Source of the DNA: Candidatus Aenigmatarchaeota archaeon
GTDB taxonomy: Archaea > Aenigmatarchaeota > Aenigmatarchaeia > CG10238-14 > SpSt-28
NCBI GenBank assembly: GCA_038997165.1
Contig: JAWBAK010000001.1
Coordinates: 192,001-256,000 of the forward strand
Length of the DNA: 64,000 nt
Direction: 5' to 3'
Made by a program: the position numbers and the translations under genes. A model generated the notes under the pieces. The model was not told the origin of the DNA. It did no database searches and saw only the letters and a list, made by a program, of their open reading frames with translations. Shown one piece after another: positions 1 to 10,151 of the stretch (the first letter of the stretch is position 1; each line of letters begins with the position of its first letter).

Positions 1-335
1 TTAATAAACTCTGCTCTTAAATATCTATAAGTTGTTTCTTTAATTTTTCCAAAAGTAAAAATTATGTCGCCAATATCAACTTTAAAACTTTCGTTAACTA
101 ATTTTCCAAAACACTTTATTATAATGTCATCTGTATCATCGCATACATTTAATCTTGCATATGTCATTTCGCTATTTACGTATTTATCAACTAAAGTCCC
201 AACAATTCCTGCTCTAATAACTTTTTCTCCTAATTTAGTAACTATAAATGATGGTAATTTTTCCTCTTTGTTTCCTTCAAAATATGAAGAATTTTTTATT
301 TCTATTATTCTTAATGGTATTATAGGATATCTCAT
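1..335 (-). CDS. RPA32/RPA2-like OB-fold ssDNA-binding protein (partial, runs off window start; not in ORF track)
   Basis: Manual translation from ATG at 335: MRYPIIPLRIIEIKNSSYFEG...VIRAGIVGTLVDKY...ARLNVCDDTDDIIIKCF...VDIGDIIFTFGKIKE...YLRAEFI. The GxxV...DDT...GD...GK pattern fits archaeal RPA32. Confidence 0.7.
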   Translation of the reverse strand, partial: MRYPIIPLRIIEIKNSSYFEGNKEEKLPSFIVTKLGEKVIRAGIVGTLVDKYVNSEMTYARLNVCDDTDDIIIKCFGKLVNESFKVDIGDIIFTFGKIKETTYRYLRAEFI

Positions 336-381
336 AAATTTGAAAGAAAACAAAAAATAAATATGTGCAAATATATATAGA

Positions 382-454
382 GGGGAGGTAGTTTAGCTTG
401 GGAGAATGCAGGCCTTGGGAGCCTGTGACCTGGGTTCAAATCCCAGCCTCCCCA
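382..454 (+). tRNA. tRNA-Pro(TGG)
   Basis: Acceptor stem GGGGAGG/CCTCCCC, anticodon arm CAGGC-CTTGGGA-GCCTG, T arm CTGGG-TTCAAAT-CCCAG. CCA is not encoded. Confidence 0.95.
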
Positions 455-480
455 ATATTTTTGTTTAGAAAATATTATTT

Positions 481-1809
481 ATGAGAGAATTATTGGCAAA
501 CTTAGGTTTTTTATTGCAACTATCTGGATTTTTCATTTTTATTGTTGCGATAGTTTCGGTATATTTGAATGAAATAAGAGAAGCAATATCTTTTTTTCTT
601 ACAGCATCTTTGTTCTTTATACTTGGATTTCCTTTAAATGCTTTATCTGAAAGAAAAGAAATTAATTTTAGAGAAAGTTTGATTTTATTTTTTCTAACTT
701 TTTTATTTTTAGGAATAATTGGTTCTATACCTTATATATATTTAGATTTGTTTGAAAAAGAAGACTTAATTTCAAAAATAATTAATTCGATTTTTGAAAG
801 TGTTTCTGGATTTACAACTACAGGAATTTCTTTTTTGAATAGCTCTAACTTATCAACTTCTATGAAAATTTATAGAGCTTTTACTCAATTTATTGGTGGT
901 ATAGGAATAGTTTATTTATTATTAACTTTTCTATATTCTTCGAATTATAAAATTTCTAGAGTTTTTAATAAATTGTTGGGTTTTGATATTAAATCAGAAA
1001 TAAAAAAGAATGTACTTGAAATTTTAGTAATTTTTAGTTTGATTACTATATCTTTATCTCTTTTAATGTATTATTTTAACAAAGATATAATAAAATCTTT
1101 TTGCTTAGTAATGAGCGGAATTTCAACGGGTGGATTTTCTCACTATGATTTAAAAAGTTTAATTATAGAAGAAAAGATAATATTAATAGTTTCAATGATA
1201 TTTGGTTCAATTTCTTTATTTATTTTATCTAAATTCAAAAAAGAAATTATTCCATATATCATATTTATTTCGATTCTGTTTTTAATCCTAAGTTTTAATA
1301 ATATAAATTCTATAGACTCTTTATTCCACTCTGTATCTTTAATTTCTACAACAGGATATTCTTATATTAACTATAATATTTTTTCTCCTACAATACTTTT
1401 CATTTTTTCTATTTTAATGCTAATTGGAGGAATGGCAATTTCTACTTCTGGAGGAATAAAAATAATAAGAATTATAAATAGTATAAAATACATAGCAAAA
1501 TTTATAAAAAGTTTTACAAAAGAGGAAAAAATAGAAGTTAAAGATGAAGAGGTTATTTCATTATCTTACTTATTTTGTTATTTTTTTATTTGGATAATAG
1601 TCAGTATAATTTTTTCTTTTTATACGAATAGCTTGGAAAAATCTTTATTCGATACTGCATCAATTCTTTCAACAGGGGGATTTTCAAGCGGATTAATAAA
1701 TTCAGACTTAGCTTTGGAACTTAAAATTTTAATAATTTTTTTAATGATATTAGGAAGAATCGAAATAATACCTATATTTGCTATTTTTATATTTAGTAAA
1801 AATAAATGA
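481..1809 (+). CDS. trkH: TrkH-family potassium uptake membrane protein
   Basis: Multi-TM protein with four pore-loop motifs (SGFTTTG, ISTGG, ISTTG, LSTGG), STSGGIK and GRIEI. Confidence 0.93.
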   Translation: MRELLANLGFLLQLSGFFIFIVAIVSVYLNEIREAISFFLTASLFFILGFPLNALSERKEINFRESLILFFLTFLFLGIIGSIPYIYLDLFEKEDLISKIINSIFESVSGFTTTGISFLNSSNLSTSMKIYRAFTQFIGGIGIVYLLLTFLYSSNYKISRVFNKLLGFDIKSEIKKNVLEILVIFSLITISLSLLMYYFNKDIIKSFCLVMSGISTGGFSHYDLKSLIIEEKIILIVSMIFGSISLFILSKFKKEIIPYIIFISILFLILSFNNINSIDSLFHSVSLISTTGYSYINYNIFSPTILFIFSILMLIGGMAISTSGGIKIIRIINSIKYIAKFIKSFTKEEKIEVKDEEVISLSYLFCYFFIWIIVSIIFSFYTNSLEKSLFDTASILSTGGFSSGLINSDLALELKILIIFLMILGRIEIIPIFAIFIFSKNK

Positions 1810-1826
1810 TTTAAGAAAAAAATTAT

Positions 1827-3263
1827 ATGAGTAAAGAATTGGGAATTAAAGCAAAAAAAGAAAATTTAAGTGAATGGTATGAAGAGGTTATTTTGAAAAC
1901 TCAGTTAGCAGATTATTCTCCAGTTAAAGGCTGTATAATTTACTTACCTTATAGTTATGCAATCTGGAACTTAATTAAAGAAGAATTTACAAAAATTATA
2001 AAAGATGAAGTAAGCGAAGTTTATTTTCCATTATTTATTCCCAAAAGTATTTTAGAAAAAGAGGCTAAGCATTTCGAAGGATTTAGCCCAGAAGTTGCGT
2101 GGGTTACTAGAGGTGGAAATAGCGATTTAGATGAATGGCTAGCAGTTAGACCAACAAGTGAAACAATAATATATTCTTATATTTCCAAATTGATTAAAAG
2201 TTATAGAGATTTGCCACTAAGAATTATTCAATGGTGTAATGTTGTAAGATGGGAAACAAAAGCAACTAAACCATTTTTAAGAGGGAGAGAATTTCTATGG
2301 CATGAAGGTCATACCTTTCACGCAACTTTTGAAGAAGCTGAAGAAGAAATGAAAAAAAGAATTTATCAATATAAAGATTTTGTTGAAAAATATTTGGCGA
2401 TACCCGTAATAGTTGGATATAAAAGTGAATATGAAAAATTTGCTGGTGCACATACAACAACAACTATAGAAACTTTATTACCAGATTTTAAAGCATTACA
2501 ATGCGGTACATCACATAATTTAGCTGATAATTTTTCAAAAGTGTTTGAAATATATTTTCAAGATAAAGATGGAAAAAATAAATTAGTATTTCAAACCTCT
2601 TGGGGATTTTCAACTAGATTAATAGGTGCATTAGTAATGATTCATGGAGATGATAAAGGTTTAATTTTGCCACCAAAAATTGCCCCCTATCAAATTGTAA
2701 TTGTGCCTATTTACTATAATGAAGAAGAAAAAAACCTAGTATTTCAAAAAGTTAAAGAAATTGAAAATAAGTTAAAACAAAAATATAGAGTTATTTCCGA
2801 TTTAAGAGAAGAATATACACCTGGATATAAATTTAATGAATGGGAAATGAAAGGAGTTCCAATAAGAATAGAAATAGGAATGAATGAAATTAAAAATAAA
2901 ACTTTAGTTATTCATAGAAGAGATGAAATGAAAAAAGAAATAATTAAAGAAGAAGAATTAGAAAGTAAAATTAATACTCTTATCGAAGAAATTCAATCAA
3001 ACTTATTTAATAGAGCTAAAAAGTTTTTAGATGAACATATATATGTTGCAAACAATTTCGAAGAATTTAAAGAAAAAATTGATAAAGGTTTTGTAATAGC
3101 TAATCATTGTGGTGATCAAGGTTGCGAAGAAAAAATTAAAGAATTAACAAAAGCAACGTGTAGAGTAATAGAATTTGATAATAATAAACCTTTTGGAGAT
3201 GAAAAATGTGTACTTTGCGGAAAAAAAGCTAAATATAAAGCCTACTTTGCAAGAGCATATTAA
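1827..3263 (+). CDS. proS: Proline--tRNA ligase (archaeal/eukaryotic type)
   Basis: RPTSET, VRWE..FLRGREFLWHEGHT and QTSWGFSTR motifs; C-terminal Zn site ending ARAY. Confidence 0.98.
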   Translation: MSKELGIKAKKENLSEWYEEVILKTQLADYSPVKGCIIYLPYSYAIWNLIKEEFTKIIKDEVSEVYFPLFIPKSILEKEAKHFEGFSPEVAWVTRGGNSDLDEWLAVRPTSETIIYSYISKLIKSYRDLPLRIIQWCNVVRWETKATKPFLRGREFLWHEGHTFHATFEEAEEEMKKRIYQYKDFVEKYLAIPVIVGYKSEYEKFAGAHTTTTIETLLPDFKALQCGTSHNLADNFSKVFEIYFQDKDGKNKLVFQTSWGFSTRLIGALVMIHGDDKGLILPPKIAPYQIVIVPIYYNEEEKNLVFQKVKEIENKLKQKYRVISDLREEYTPGYKFNEWEMKGVPIRIEIGMNEIKNKTLVIHRRDEMKKEIIKEEELESKINTLIEEIQSNLFNRAKKFLDEHIYVANNFEEFKEKIDKGFVIANHCGDQGCEEKIKELTKATCRVIEFDNNKPFGDEKCVLCGKKAKYKAYFARAY

Positions 3264-3279
3264 AAAATAAAAAATAAAA

Positions 3280-4047
3280 CTAAATTAGCCAAGAAAACCA
3301 ACTTCTTACTCTTTTTAGATATGCTGTAAATGGTACTTTATAATCTTCTCCAGCTAAATAAGCGGCTAATTTCATAAATTCTATTGCCGCTTTGCTATAA
3401 TCGTTAATTTCTAAATATGTTTTACCTAAAGCTAATGCTTTTTCAAAATCTGAATCAAAAGGTATTGCAGCAATTACTGGCAAATTTGTTAATTCTTCTA
3501 TTTCTCCAATAGTCAATTCATGTACTCTTCCTGTAACTTTATTAACTACAACACCAAGTGGTTTTAATCCTAATTTTTCTGCTACTTCATTTATTTTAAT
3601 AACATCTGTTACTGCAGCTATATTTGGATTTGTAACATATAATATTTCTTTCGAAGCCTTCATAGCACTTACAGCTTCTCTTCCAATTCCAGGTGCGCTA
3701 TCTATTAATACAAAATCGCTATATGGAATTTCTTTTATTACTTTTTCTAATTTTGTAATATCTACATTTTGTAATTCATTAACATCTAATGAGCTTGGAA
3801 TTATTTTTAGGCCACTATCGTGAAAATATATTGCATCTATTACTGTTTTTGTTTCTTCTCTCAATACATGATTTAGAGTTGTTGGACTATAAAACATTCC
3901 AAAATTCATTGCTAGATGTGGAGTAGTTATATTAGCATCTATTATAGTAACGCTTTTTCCTAACTTCACTAAAGCTAAACCAAGATTTGAAGTTACTGTT
4001 GTTTTACCTACACCACCTTTTCCGCTAGCTATCGTTATTATCCTCAT
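3280..4047 (-). CDS. minD: MinD-family ATPase
   Basis: Deviant Walker A SGKGGVGKTT, DSAPG and a C-terminal amphipathic helix. Confidence 0.9.
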   Translation of the reverse strand: MRIITIASGKGGVGKTTVTSNLGLALVKLGKSVTIIDANITTPHLAMNFGMFYSPTTLNHVLREETKTVIDAIYFHDSGLKIIPSSLDVNELQNVDITKLEKVIKEIPYSDFVLIDSAPGIGREAVSAMKASKEILYVTNPNIAAVTDVIKINEVAEKLGLKPLGVVVNKVTGRVHELTIGEIEELTNLPVIAAIPFDSDFEKALALGKTYLEINDYSKAAIEFMKLAAYLAGEDYKVPFTAYLKRVRSWFSWLI

Positions 4048-4061
4048 AAATATTTACCATT

Positions 4062-4892
4062 TTAGTAATTTATATTTTTAATTTTTATCAATTTTTTAGA
4101 TAATTTAAATAACTCCTCTTCTATTATTTTTTTAGAATTCTCTATAAGATTTTCAGAAATATCATATCTATAATTTTTTTTAATTAATTTATTAATTTTT
4201 TCGTTAATTTTTTCATCTATAACTAACTTAGGAAAGTTTTTAAAATCTTTGATAGTTAAAATTGGTTTATTTAATAAAGCTGCATAAAGTAATTCTTTAT
4301 AAAATTTGTTTTTAGAAAAATCAATAACGATATCAACATACTTTAATAACTTTATTAATTCGTTTTTTTCCAATTTTCTTTTTAGGAAATAAATTCCTTT
4401 GGAATTTGATGTATTTAAATCTAAAATCCCATAAATATAAATTTCAAATTCCTTAGATAAAAGTGTCATTATTCCAACAACCTCTAGAGAAATTTTGTCA
4501 CATAAAAACAATACAACTTTTCTATTTTTATTTTCAAAAATTTTTTCTATTTTAACTTCAGGAATATTGTTACTAATAATATATGGAAAATAGATAACGT
4601 TATCAAAAAAGCTTCTTTCAATCCTATAAACATACATTTTCTCTTTATCAATTAAACTTAGTTCATCAATTTTATTTATAACTTTTTCTAAATCTAATTT
4701 TAAATCAGAAAGATTTAAAATAAAATCTAATTCTTTATAATATTTTTCTAATTCACTAAATGGTAATAAAAAAATATTATAATATCTTCTTCTCTCTTCT
4801 GAATCAAAAAGAAAATAGTAAAACTCGAAATTTAAAAATTTTAAAGTTTCAATTAAATCTATATCGTATTCGTCTATTATTCCTATTTTCAT
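4062..4892 (-). CDS. Degenerate GT-B (GT4-like) glycosyltransferase-fold protein
   Basis: MKIGII start and C-terminal ELIKLLKYVDIVID...ELLYAALLNKPIL. Appears paralogous to 5514..6365. Confidence 0.45.
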   Translation of the reverse strand: MKIGIIDEYDIDLIETLKFLNFEFYYFLFDSEERRRYYNIFLLPFSELEKYYKELDFILNLSDLKLDLEKVINKIDELSLIDKEKMYVYRIERSFFDNVIYFPYIISNNIPEVKIEKIFENKNRKVVLFLCDKISLEVVGIMTLLSKEFEIYIYGILDLNTSNSKGIYFLKRKLEKNELIKLLKYVDIVIDFSKNKFYKELLYAALLNKPILTIKDFKNFPKLVIDEKINEKINKLIKKNYRYDISENLIENSKKIIEEELFKLSKKLIKIKNINY

Positions 4893-4901
4893 AAATTAAA
4901 A

Positions 4902-5171
4902 TCATTCCCAAGAAATAAAACCTAACTCTGTAAGTTCCTTAAAAATTTCATCCAAAACTTTTTTAATCATTTCCTTATCCATTTGGGTTCTTTCAGATAG
5001 AATTTCTAATATTTCTTCATACTTTTTTTTACCATCACAATATTTTAATAAACCAACAGCAATGGGATCTATTTGATATAATTTTTCTTTATCAATAGTA
5101 GCATAATAGGTATTTAAATAATTAATTATAGTAAGATTTTCATTTTTTTTAGGCCTTTTTCCTTCAAACAT
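4902..5171 (-). CDS. PqqD / RiPP-recognition-element-like protein
   Basis: 89 aa with LYQIDPIAVGLLKYCDGKKKYEEILEILSE...VLDEIFKELTELGFI, matching the PqqD pattern (CDG, terminal L..GxI). Confidence 0.75.
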   Translation of the reverse strand: MFEGKRPKKNENLTIINYLNTYYATIDKEKLYQIDPIAVGLLKYCDGKKKYEEILEILSERTQMDKEMIKKVLDEIFKELTELGFISWE

Positions 5172-5172
5172 T

Positions 5173-5454
5173 TCACTTTCCTAATCTTTTTCTCAATTCT
5201 TCTAATATTTCTTCATCTGTAACTTTTTGTGCAAATTTCTGTTTTAAATAACATAATTTTGCCTTTCCTACTTTTCTTTGATATATTATTTCTGCTCCTA
5301 ATAATTCATGTAAATATTTTGCTACAGTTATTCTACTATATCCTAGCTCATCTGAAATTTGCTGTATTGTTAGACCTTCTGGATGTTTTCTTAACAAATC
5401 TATTATTAATTTTCTAGCATCTTCTTTTTTCTTTTTTTCCTCTCTTTCCTCCAT
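5173..5454 (-). CDS. Winged helix-turn-helix protein
   Basis: IIDLLRKHPEGLTIQQISDELGYSRITVAKYLHEL followed by the wing RKVGKAKLCY. Confidence 0.85.
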   Translation of the reverse strand: MEEREEKKKKEDARKLIIDLLRKHPEGLTIQQISDELGYSRITVAKYLHELLGAEIIYQRKVGKAKLCYLKQKFAQKVTDEEILEELRKRLGK

Positions 5455-5513
5455 AATATTAAGATAATAAAAAATATTTATATTTATTGTTTAACTTATT
5501 TGTTAACTAATTA

Positions 5514-6365
5514 TTAAATCCTTAATTTTATTTCTATTAATTCTCTTAATTCTTTTTCAAAAATTTTTGCAGAATTTTTATAATCATATTCTTTTGCAAT
5601 TAACCGATTTGCTTCATATTCTTCAAAATTTAGTAATCTTTGAATTTTAGCTAAAAAGTTTCCAAAATTTATATTTGGAGTACCCAAAAAACCATCATTA
5701 GTAATAACTATTTTTTTCATAGCCATTGCTTCTAATACTTCCTTTTTCATATTTTCAATTGCAATTATTAAATTGCTATTCAAATATAATTCTGCTCTTT
5801 CTTTTTTACTTAATTCTCTACTAATGAAAGTAATAAATGGATAAATTTTATTTGAAGTTGCTTGATAGACAATAAAATTTAAATCTTTAATTAATTTTTT
5901 CAATTCTAACATTTTTTCCAAAAATGAAACCAAGCCTGTATCAAAAGAATTTGCTAATATCGTAATTCTATTAATCTTATCAAATTTTTTAAATTTAGAT
6001 TTAAAATTACTAAAAAACTCAAAATCAATAAAATATGGAAAATAAATACAATTTTCTATTTTTTTATTTCTAATCGCATAAAATTCGTAATCAAAAACAT
6101 ATCTTTCTAATTCATTTTCTACAATTTTTATATTAATTGCATAATTGCTTTTAAAATTTATATTTCTATCTATAAAAAGTATTTTAACATCTTCTTGTTT
6201 TATTGCATTTTCAAAATTTAAAGTTTTTATTATTTTTATATTGTTTTCTGGAAAAAATTCTCCAGATTCTTTACTTTTTTCAAATATTACGATTTCATAG
6301 TTAATTAGACTTAAAAATTTTATTATGTCTTCATCTACTTTATCTAAAAGAAATCCTATTTTCAT
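5514..6365 (-). CDS. Degenerate GT4-like glycosyltransferase
   Basis: Likely start MKIGFL at 6365; acceptor-domain motif ELYLNSNLIIA...VLEAMAMKKIVITND. Confidence 0.6.
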   Translation of the reverse strand: MKIGFLLDKVDEDIIKFLSLINYEIVIFEKSKESGEFFPENNIKIIKTLNFENAIKQEDVKILFIDRNINFKSNYAINIKIVENELERYVFDYEFYAIRNKKIENCIYFPYFIDFEFFSNFKSKFKKFDKINRITILANSFDTGLVSFLEKMLELKKLIKDLNFIVYQATSNKIYPFITFISRELSKKERAELYLNSNLIIAIENMKKEVLEAMAMKKIVITNDGFLGTPNINFGNFLAKIQRLLNFEEYEANRLIAKEYDYKNSAKIFEKELRELIEIKLRI

Positions 6366-6378
6366 AAAAATTAAACTA

Positions 6379-6819
6379 TTGATATCAATAATATGTTTAG
6401 TATTAATCTTCATTCTTATTTTATTTATAAAAAATAATTCTGTAAATTATGAAATAAGATATGCTGCTTTTGTTATAGATGGTGATACATTTGTTGACGA
6501 AAAGGGAGAGAAAATAAGATTAATTGGGATCAATGCTCCAGAAATTGGTGAAAAATGTTATGAAGAATCTAAGGCAAAATTAAAAGAAATGATAGAAAAA
6601 AAGTATGTTAAAATAGTTTATGATGTTAAAAAAAGAGATAAATATAATAGGACTCTTGCGTACGTTTTTGTTAACGATTTAAATGTTAATTTAATAATGA
6701 TTAAAGAAGGTTATGCAGTTGTTTATCCAGATAATTTAAATACAAAATTTTTAAAGGAGTTCTATTTTGCAGAAAAATATGCAAAAGAGAATAAAATTGG
6801 TTGTTTATGGAAAGATTAA
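6379..6819 (+). CDS. Thermonuclease (SNase-like) with N-terminal membrane anchor
   Basis: VIDGDTF, IRLIGINAPE, DKYNRTLAYV, EGYA and GCLW motifs. Start is uncertain (TTG 6379 or ATG 6325). Confidence 0.9.
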   Translation: MISIICLVLIFILILFIKNNSVNYEIRYAAFVIDGDTFVDEKGEKIRLIGINAPEIGEKCYEESKAKLKEMIEKKYVKIVYDVKKRDKYNRTLAYVFVNDLNVNLIMIKEGYAVVYPDNLNTKFLKEFYFAEKYAKENKIGCLWKD

Positions 6820-7901
6820 TCCAAAAAATCTTCGTTTTTAATTTTCTCTGGTAAATATGTTTCTGTAACAAATTTTAAACCCTTGCCTGCTAAAGATTCT
6901 AATTCTGCTTTATATTTCTTTTCTATAAATTTATTAATTTCCCTTTGCCAATGTTTCTTCTTAAACCATTCATAATTCAACAATTCATATGCCCTTTTTA
7001 TGTCAACATCTTTAGCTTTTATTGTCCAATTTTTTAATTTATAAGTTTCTATATCTGTCATTGTCAAACCTATAAACTTTGCATCCTTAGTTCCTAATCT
7101 ATCTGAAATATGAGCTAAATTTATAGAACCATATTTTATTACAGAATATATATAAAATCCATAAGGATCGGAATCTGTAAAAACATATACAGGCAAATTA
7201 AACTCTTGATTTAATCTTTGAATCAATCTTCTTGCTCCTCTAGGAGCTTGGCCTTGGGTTGTTAATAATATGCACTTATGTTTTTTCCAAAATTTATCTT
7301 CATGCAATCTTTCCCAGGCAGCGTTTTTCTCAACTACTAAAATAAATTCTGCATCAACTTTTTTAAACTCTATTGCTTCTACATTACTAGGTATTGCCCA
7401 TCCACCACTACCTAATTTACTCCAATCTATTACATCTCCCCTATCCTCTATAATTACATCACCAACTACTCTTCCTCTCGTATCTGCATTTAAGTGAAGC
7501 TGCTCTCTTAATACATTTAAAGTAACTTCTAGATCAACTATACAATTATCACTTTCATCTTGCTCATCAAAAGTATTTTCATTGCTATTTGGTAAAGTTC
7601 TTTTCATCGCATAAAAAGCTTCTCTTAAGCTCGCATGTATATTTTCTTTTAGTAATTCTTTTGCAAAACTAGCAACTAGTAAAGTTTGCATGAATTTCTT
7701 AGCTTTATGTAAATTGAAAAAATCTCTTTCAATTTTTTTATCTCCTAATTTTAAGATAAACTCTTTTTTATCAAATATTACGTTTTTTAAACTTCTTGCA
7801 GGAATAAACATCTTCGGATTTTCCCCTCTATTTATTTGTTCAAGTAAATCTTTTCCTAAACTTTCCAATTTTTCTAATACTTTTTTAATATATTCTGTCA
7901 T
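6816..7901 (-). CDS. top6A: DNA topoisomerase VI subunit A
   Basis: SLREAFY (catalytic Tyr), VVEK and the TOPRIM motif FTDSDPYG. Confidence 0.97.
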   Translation of the reverse strand: MTEYIKKVLEKLESLGKDLLEQINRGENPKMFIPARSLKNVIFDKKEFILKLGDKKIERDFFNLHKAKKFMQTLLVASFAKELLKENIHASLREAFYAMKRTLPNSNENTFDEQDESDNCIVDLEVTLNVLREQLHLNADTRGRVVGDVIIEDRGDVIDWSKLGSGGWAIPSNVEAIEFKKVDAEFILVVEKNAAWERLHEDKFWKKHKCILLTTQGQAPRGARRLIQRLNQEFNLPVYVFTDSDPYGFYIYSVIKYGSINLAHISDRLGTKDAKFIGLTMTDIETYKLKNWTIKAKDVDIKRAYELLNYEWFKKKHWQREINKFIEKKYKAELESLAGKGLKFVTETYLPEKIKNEDFLD

Positions 7902-7907
7902 AATTAT

Positions 7908-9656
7908 TTAAACTTCAATTTCTATTTCTGGCAATTTTTTGTTTGCAATCTCTTCTAACTTTTTTCTTATTTCATTTTCATCATAATTTGATAGAATAGA
8001 AATGCTTCTAGCAACTTCTGGTAAATATCTTTCAAAAATATTTTTTTTAGTTTTTATTAGCTCTGCTTTTCTTTTTTTAGAAATATATAAATAAACTTTT
8101 CTTAAAGCCTCTTGAATTGACAATTCTAATTCTTTAATAATTTCTGGATATTCTGCAATTGCTTGCTTTCCTTCGCTTTTATATGGAATCCAAACAGAAA
8201 GGAAATCTATTAATATTAGCATGTTATCCGCTGGTAAATTAGAATTTCCAGATTGAATTCCATAATGATTCCAATTTATTGACATTAATACTTTTGTTAT
8301 TGCGCAGTCTCTAGCATTATAAAGTAAAGGAGTATGATTTGCAAATCTTAAAATTATTGATTGAGAAGATATTTCCTCTTCTTCTATTTTCTTTAATTCC
8401 TTTAATCCATAAGCTATAGCTACTTGAATTTGAAATGGAAAACCCCTATAAACTTTTGGCTTTCTTGTTATAGCTACATAATATTCAGCTGGATATAGTT
8501 TTTTAAGAGCATCTATTAAATACTTATTATCTATAGGACTTAAACAATCTGTTGGTGGAGCTCTAATTTTTATTTTTTGAAGTGAGTTAAATATTTTTTC
8601 TGCTTCTTGCAATGAAATTTCTTTTGGATTTTTAAACATATATTGCAGTATTTTATATGATAAGAATAATTTTCTTAATTCTTGTTCATTTAATTCGGTA
8701 ATTTTCTTGTTTTCATCTAAACCAATTTCTTCTAATGTTTTTTTTATTAAATAATCTTGCTGAAATTCTTTTTTTAAGAAATCAAAAACTTTTGATTCTT
8801 TGTTTTTAATTTCTATTTCTTCTGCTTTTAAACTTAATTTTAGAACTCTTATCACAGATATTAAACTTATTCTAGAAAATTCCTTAACTAAAAAATCTAA
8901 TAGTGTTTTTTTATCTGTTGTTTCTAACATTCTTTTAAATATTCCCAGCTCAATTCCATATGGATGTGGTTTAATTTCTTTAGGTTGTTTTGGTAATTTA
9001 TCAGTTACTCTATCTAAAATTACTTTTTCCCCATCTTTTTCGAAAACAATTTTTGTAAATGGATTAACTAACCAAATTAGTTTTAAATATTCTTCTATTT
9101 TACTAGTATATTTTCCTTCAACCTCTATTTCAATATCTAATCCATGCCAATTATCTTTGTTTTCTTCTTCACTATATTTTATAATTTTTGGTTCATTTCT
9201 GATTACATCTATCATTAACTCGAAATAATATATTTTTTTTGAATTTATAGTTGCTGTATATATTTTAGCTGGTTTTGAAGTTGTTAGTTGAGAATAAAGT
9301 ATAGCGCCTTTTGCTCCTATTCCTTGGGTTCCTATAGATTGCCTTAATCTATAAAATTTGCTTCCAACTAAAAATTTTCCTAGTGCAATTGGTAATTTTT
9401 TTGGATTAATTCCGGGGCCATTATCTATTACTCTAACTCTAAATCTATTTTCATCTAACTTTCTTAATTTTACTTCTATTGTTGGTAAAATATTTGCTTC
9501 TATACAAGCATCTATAGAATTATCTACAAATTCTTTTATTACAGTAAACAAAGATTTAGAGGGATTTTCATATCCCAAAAGATGTCTGTTTTTTTCAAAA
9601 AATTCTGCAATACTTACTTCTTTTATTTTTTCAGATATATCTAATTTTTGAGTCAT
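7908..9656 (-). CDS. top6B: DNA topoisomerase VI subunit B
   Basis: GHKL motifs EFVDNSIDA, DNGPG and GTQGIG; KPHP, RFANHTPL and YKSEGK. Confidence 0.97.
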   Translation of the reverse strand: MTQKLDISEKIKEVSIAEFFEKNRHLLGYENPSKSLFTVIKEFVDNSIDACIEANILPTIEVKLRKLDENRFRVRVIDNGPGINPKKLPIALGKFLVGSKFYRLRQSIGTQGIGAKGAILYSQLTTSKPAKIYTATINSKKIYYFELMIDVIRNEPKIIKYSEEENKDNWHGLDIEIEVEGKYTSKIEEYLKLIWLVNPFTKIVFEKDGEKVILDRVTDKLPKQPKEIKPHPYGIELGIFKRMLETTDKKTLLDFLVKEFSRISLISVIRVLKLSLKAEEIEIKNKESKVFDFLKKEFQQDYLIKKTLEEIGLDENKKITELNEQELRKLFLSYKILQYMFKNPKEISLQEAEKIFNSLQKIKIRAPPTDCLSPIDNKYLIDALKKLYPAEYYVAITRKPKVYRGFPFQIQVAIAYGLKELKKIEEEEISSQSIILRFANHTPLLYNARDCAITKVLMSINWNHYGIQSGNSNLPADNMLILIDFLSVWIPYKSEGKQAIAEYPEIIKELELSIQEALRKVYLYISKKRKAELIKTKKNIFERYLPEVARSISILSNYDENEIRKKLEEIANKKLPEIEIEV

Positions 9657-9691
9657 ATATATTATATGTGAACAATTAAATATTATTAATA

Positions 9692-10135
9692 CTATTGATT
9701 TTGTTTTGATAAATCCTTTTGATAAGGTAAGGGAATAATAATTTTTCCACCAATTTTTGAAATTCTATGCATTAGATCTGCAAATGTATTTATAATAGTT
9801 TGAACTGTTATTAAATCAAAATTAAATTTTTCTGGTTTAATTATTATTACACTACTTGGAGCATACATTATTGTAGCAAAAACCAAAGCATATATATTTT
9901 TTGCTAATATTTTTGCTTTTGCTGCTGCAGAATAACTTTTTTCTATATTTTTTATTTTTTTAGCTTTTAAATATTCTTCATCTATTACTATAATGTCATT
10001 AAACTCTCTTAGTTTTTTTATATGTTCTTTTAATGCATTTTCAGCAATATTTTTTTCTAAAGCAACTGCTTCAAACCACATTTCTGCCAAGATATATCCC
10101 TCTTTAATTTTGTTCTCTATTTCTTTCGCATCCAT
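9692..10135 (-). CDS. Hypothetical protein
   Basis: 147-aa ORF with normal codon use, co-oriented with its neighbours. Confidence 0.6.
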   Translation of the reverse strand: MDAKEIENKIKEGYILAEMWFEAVALEKNIAENALKEHIKKLREFNDIIVIDEEYLKAKKIKNIEKSYSAAAKAKILAKNIYALVFATIMYAPSSVIIIKPEKFNFDLITVQTIINTFADLMHRISKIGGKIIIPLPYQKDLSKQNQ

Positions 10136-10151
10136 ATTATACTAAAAAAGT

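Noticed and set aside
64..360. 98-aa plus-strand ORF in the track
   Set aside because: It is the antisense shadow of the RPA32-like gene on the minus strand.
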